Shown one piece after another: positions 61,630 to 64,000 of a DNA stretch of 64,000 nucleotides (its first letter is position 1; each line of letters opens with the position of its first letter). Source of the DNA: Podarcis gaigeae. Taxonomy: Eukaryota. Below the pieces are notes generated by a model that did no database searches, had not been told where the DNA came from, and worked only from the letters and a program-made list of their open reading frames with translations. A program made the translations under genes and the position numbers. The stretch is from assembly GCA_964106915.2 (NCBI GenBank), contig OZ066915.1; one strand, given 5' to 3'.

Positions 61630-62250
61630 AGTGCGGGCGCCCCACTTCTCCTCATTGGCTCACCCCACAACTCCTCCCCGTTTGTATGCCCGACAGGAGA
61701 AAGCCCCTTATCGAAGGCTCCGCTTCCCTCGGAATGAAGGCCAGCTCTGGCCTGGGAAGGGGCAGGTCGCGGCGGGTGCTTTATGTGAACAGTTTCGGCA
61801 GCCACCGCTGCGGCAATGTGATTCGTTATGGCGGCGGCGGCCACCTGAGGGACCCGGAGGCGTCCAGCCTCTCGGGCACGTCTCTCGCTGCCGCGCTCTC
61901 GGGCAGAAGAGGCTCTCGGGGTGCAGCCGATCCCTCCGGGGAACGAGGGAGCCCCTGCTTGGGGCTGAAAGCCCCTGGCGAGGCGAGAGCGAAGGGGGTC
62001 GGGAGAGGCTGGGAGGGAGGAGGCGAGGCGAAGAGGCCTAGAGCCGAGAGGCTGGTTGGGGTCAAGCCACCGCCGTCGCCACGGGAAGGGCGGAGCAGCA
62101 AGGCGGAGGCGGCGGCTGCCAACTCCACAGACTCCGATGGCCAGGAAGAAGCGGGTACGAGCAGAGCGCAGGACAGGAGGCCGCGTGTCCTCGCCGGCAT
62201 TGCCTCGTGGTGTTAATGGCGAGGGTTGGCAGTCAGTGCCGGATTTACGT
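61630..62250. promoter_or_regulatory. CpG island / probable promoter and first exon of the downstream gene
   Basis: Abrupt GC- and CpG-rich stretch in otherwise AT-rich DNA; ATTGG (reverse CCAAT) and GC-box-like motifs near 61635-61660. Confidence 0.8.
61734..62154 (+). CDS. C5orf47: Probable first coding exon of the C5orf47 orthologue (MKASSGLGRGRSRRVLYVNSFGSHRCGNVIRYGGG...)
   Basis: The motif 'RVLYVNSFGSHRCGNVIRYGG' resembles the recalled human C5orf47 N-terminus 'RFVYVTRFGSHQCSGVLQLGG'. C5orf47 lies just 3' of CPEB4 in human. ATG at 61734 (in-frame upstream ATG at 61686); the donor GCGG|gtacga at 62154/62155 is inferred. Confidence 0.75.
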
Positions 62251-62875
62251 ATAAGCTAAACAAGCTATAGCTTACAGCCCCACTCTCTTTCCCCTCCCCC
62301 CAATTTCACTATTAACATACTTCTTAATTGTATTTAAGTTCAACAATTACTTTGATAAATTACATATTTTGTTATGAGCAAATGGCTTTAGATACCTAGT
62401 AAAGGTAAAGGGACCCCTGACCATTAGGTCCAGTCGTGGCCGACTCTGGGGTTGTGGCACTCATCTCGCTTTACTGGCCGAGGGAGCCGGCATACAGCTT
62501 CCGGGTCATGTGGCCAGCAGGACTAAGCCGCTTCTGGCGAACCAGAGCAGCGCACGGAAACACTGTTTACCTTCCCACCACAGTGGTACCTATTTATCTA
62601 CTTGCACTTTGAGGTGCTTTCAAACTGCAGGGACCGAGCAACAGGAGCTCATCCCGTTGCAGGGATTCGAGCCGCCGACCTTCTGATCGGCAAGTCCTAG
62701 GCTCCACAGCGCCACCCGCGTCCCTAGATACCTATTAGGTGCATAAATTACCATATAGCATACATTCAACACAAAAAACAGCGGCAATTTGTAGTTAACA
62801 AAGGACAGCTGGACATATAAAGGACCACATTACCTTCAGTAGCTTAGGGCCTCATCAAACCTAAATCTGGCCCTG
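62234..62875. mobile_element. hAT-type MITE (TIR cagtgccggattta / taaatctggccctg) carrying a nested Sauria SINE
   Basis: Imperfect 14-bp TIRs; degenerate 8-bp TSD ttggcagt / tttgcaat. Confidence 0.75.
62399..62724 (-). mobile_element. Sauria SINE (Podarcis-type) with 10-bp TSD
   Basis: gtaaaggtaaagggacccctg ... cacagcgccacccgcgtccc; TSD tagataccta at 62389-62398 and 62725-62734. Confidence 0.93.
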
Positions 62876-64000
62876 TTTGCAATACTTGCATATCCCCTTC
62901 CATGGTAGTTCTGCCTTGGGGTGGTGAGGGTCTCACAATAATCCGGATGAAGGAACTGGTGGGCGGAATCATTTCTTGTCCATTTTGAATGTGGGATTTC
63001 CCCTTGCATAGGATTGTGCTCCCTTGAGGAGTGGGAAGTAGTTCTGCTGACTAAGAAGCTGGGCCTGCCTTTTCATTTTATTTCTAACAGCTTGCAATAC
63101 CAAGTCTTGCCCCGTTAAAATAAATAGAGAGACAGCAACCTCCCGGCCCTCAGGTTTTTTTTTTTTTTTAAAGTTTCTTCATGTGTCAATGCAAGACTGG
63201 TTGCCAGTTTGTTGTCAGGCCCGTATCAAGATGCATTTAAACACATTAGTGTCTAAATGACTTAGGCCCCAAATATCCAAAAGAACGCTCCATTCCTGCC
63301 AACCTGAGTTGTTAAGATCTCCAGAGGGGGCTCCTTTGGTAGTTTTACTAGCCTGTGGATAACGAGCTTTCTCTGTGACAGTCCCTAACTTGTGGAACTC
63401 ACTGCAGAGGTTTTTCTCCAACATCTTCATTTTACAGCTATGAAGCCTTCTCTGTATGTTGAAGATCCATCCCCTACTCTGACCTTTGACAGGTTGTTGG
63501 TTTTTTTGGTGGGGGGCGGATCTGGCTCTGGCTGATTTTATAGATTTCCATTTGGAATGGCTTTACATCTTTACATAAATGTAATTTTAATGGTTTTGTC
63601 TGTTTTTATAACTATATTATATTATTATAGCCTGCCTTTGGACCTTAAGGTGAAAGAAGGGGGGAAAGCTTTTATAAACAAACAAACAAACACAAGGGCC
63701 AGAAATTAGTATGACTTTCCTTGTTTACACAATTTTTTTCAACAGGACTTTTGTCTCCATCTGGTGGATTTAATATGTTCCTCTTGTCACTAGCAGGAGA
63801 ACCTGCACCTGCTGAAATTCTCCCTGAGAAATACATGTATTCAATCTTACTGACTCTACACACTCCAATTCAATTTGGTTTAAATTTATTTCTAAAATCA
63901 TGGATGGCATTCAGCATCAAGCTATGACCTCACTGCAACCATATCTGCTTGCCAGATGGAACAGTCTCCCATTTCTTTCCCCGTGCATTGTTCTGAGGGT

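Overview
Vertebrate genomic DNA, almost certainly from a lacertid lizard (inferred from Podarcis-type Sauria SINEs, Squam3-like SINEs and squamate CR1/L2/hAT/Tc1 repeats). Most of the window is the 3' part of CPEB4 on the + strand; exon 1 lies upstream of the window. I can place exon 2 (12722-12803), the 24-nt neuronal microexon 4 (32491-32514, ARTYGRRR) and exons 5-10 (RRM1, RRM2, ZZ zinc-binding domain; stop at 45242-45244). All have GT-AG boundaries and compatible phases. A long AU-rich 3'UTR follows, broken by three assembly gaps. A CpG island at about 61.6-62.2 kb holds the probable first coding exon of the C5orf47 orthologue, the expected syntenic neighbour. Nearly all other listed ORFs are intronic or repeat noise. 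I cannot demonstrate a wholly new system. The best leads concern CPEB4 splicing: no intact 51-nt exon 3 is visible, a possible decayed remnant sits at about 26.7 kb, and a candidate 17-nt frameshifting microexon with a NOVA/RBFOX-like motif cluster sits at about 27.0 kb. Other leads are two near-perfect intronic pre-miRNA-sized hairpins, a 69-bp direct repeat bracketing exon 2, and nested transposon insertions. Exon numbering and repeat-family names come from recalled knowledge, not database searches.
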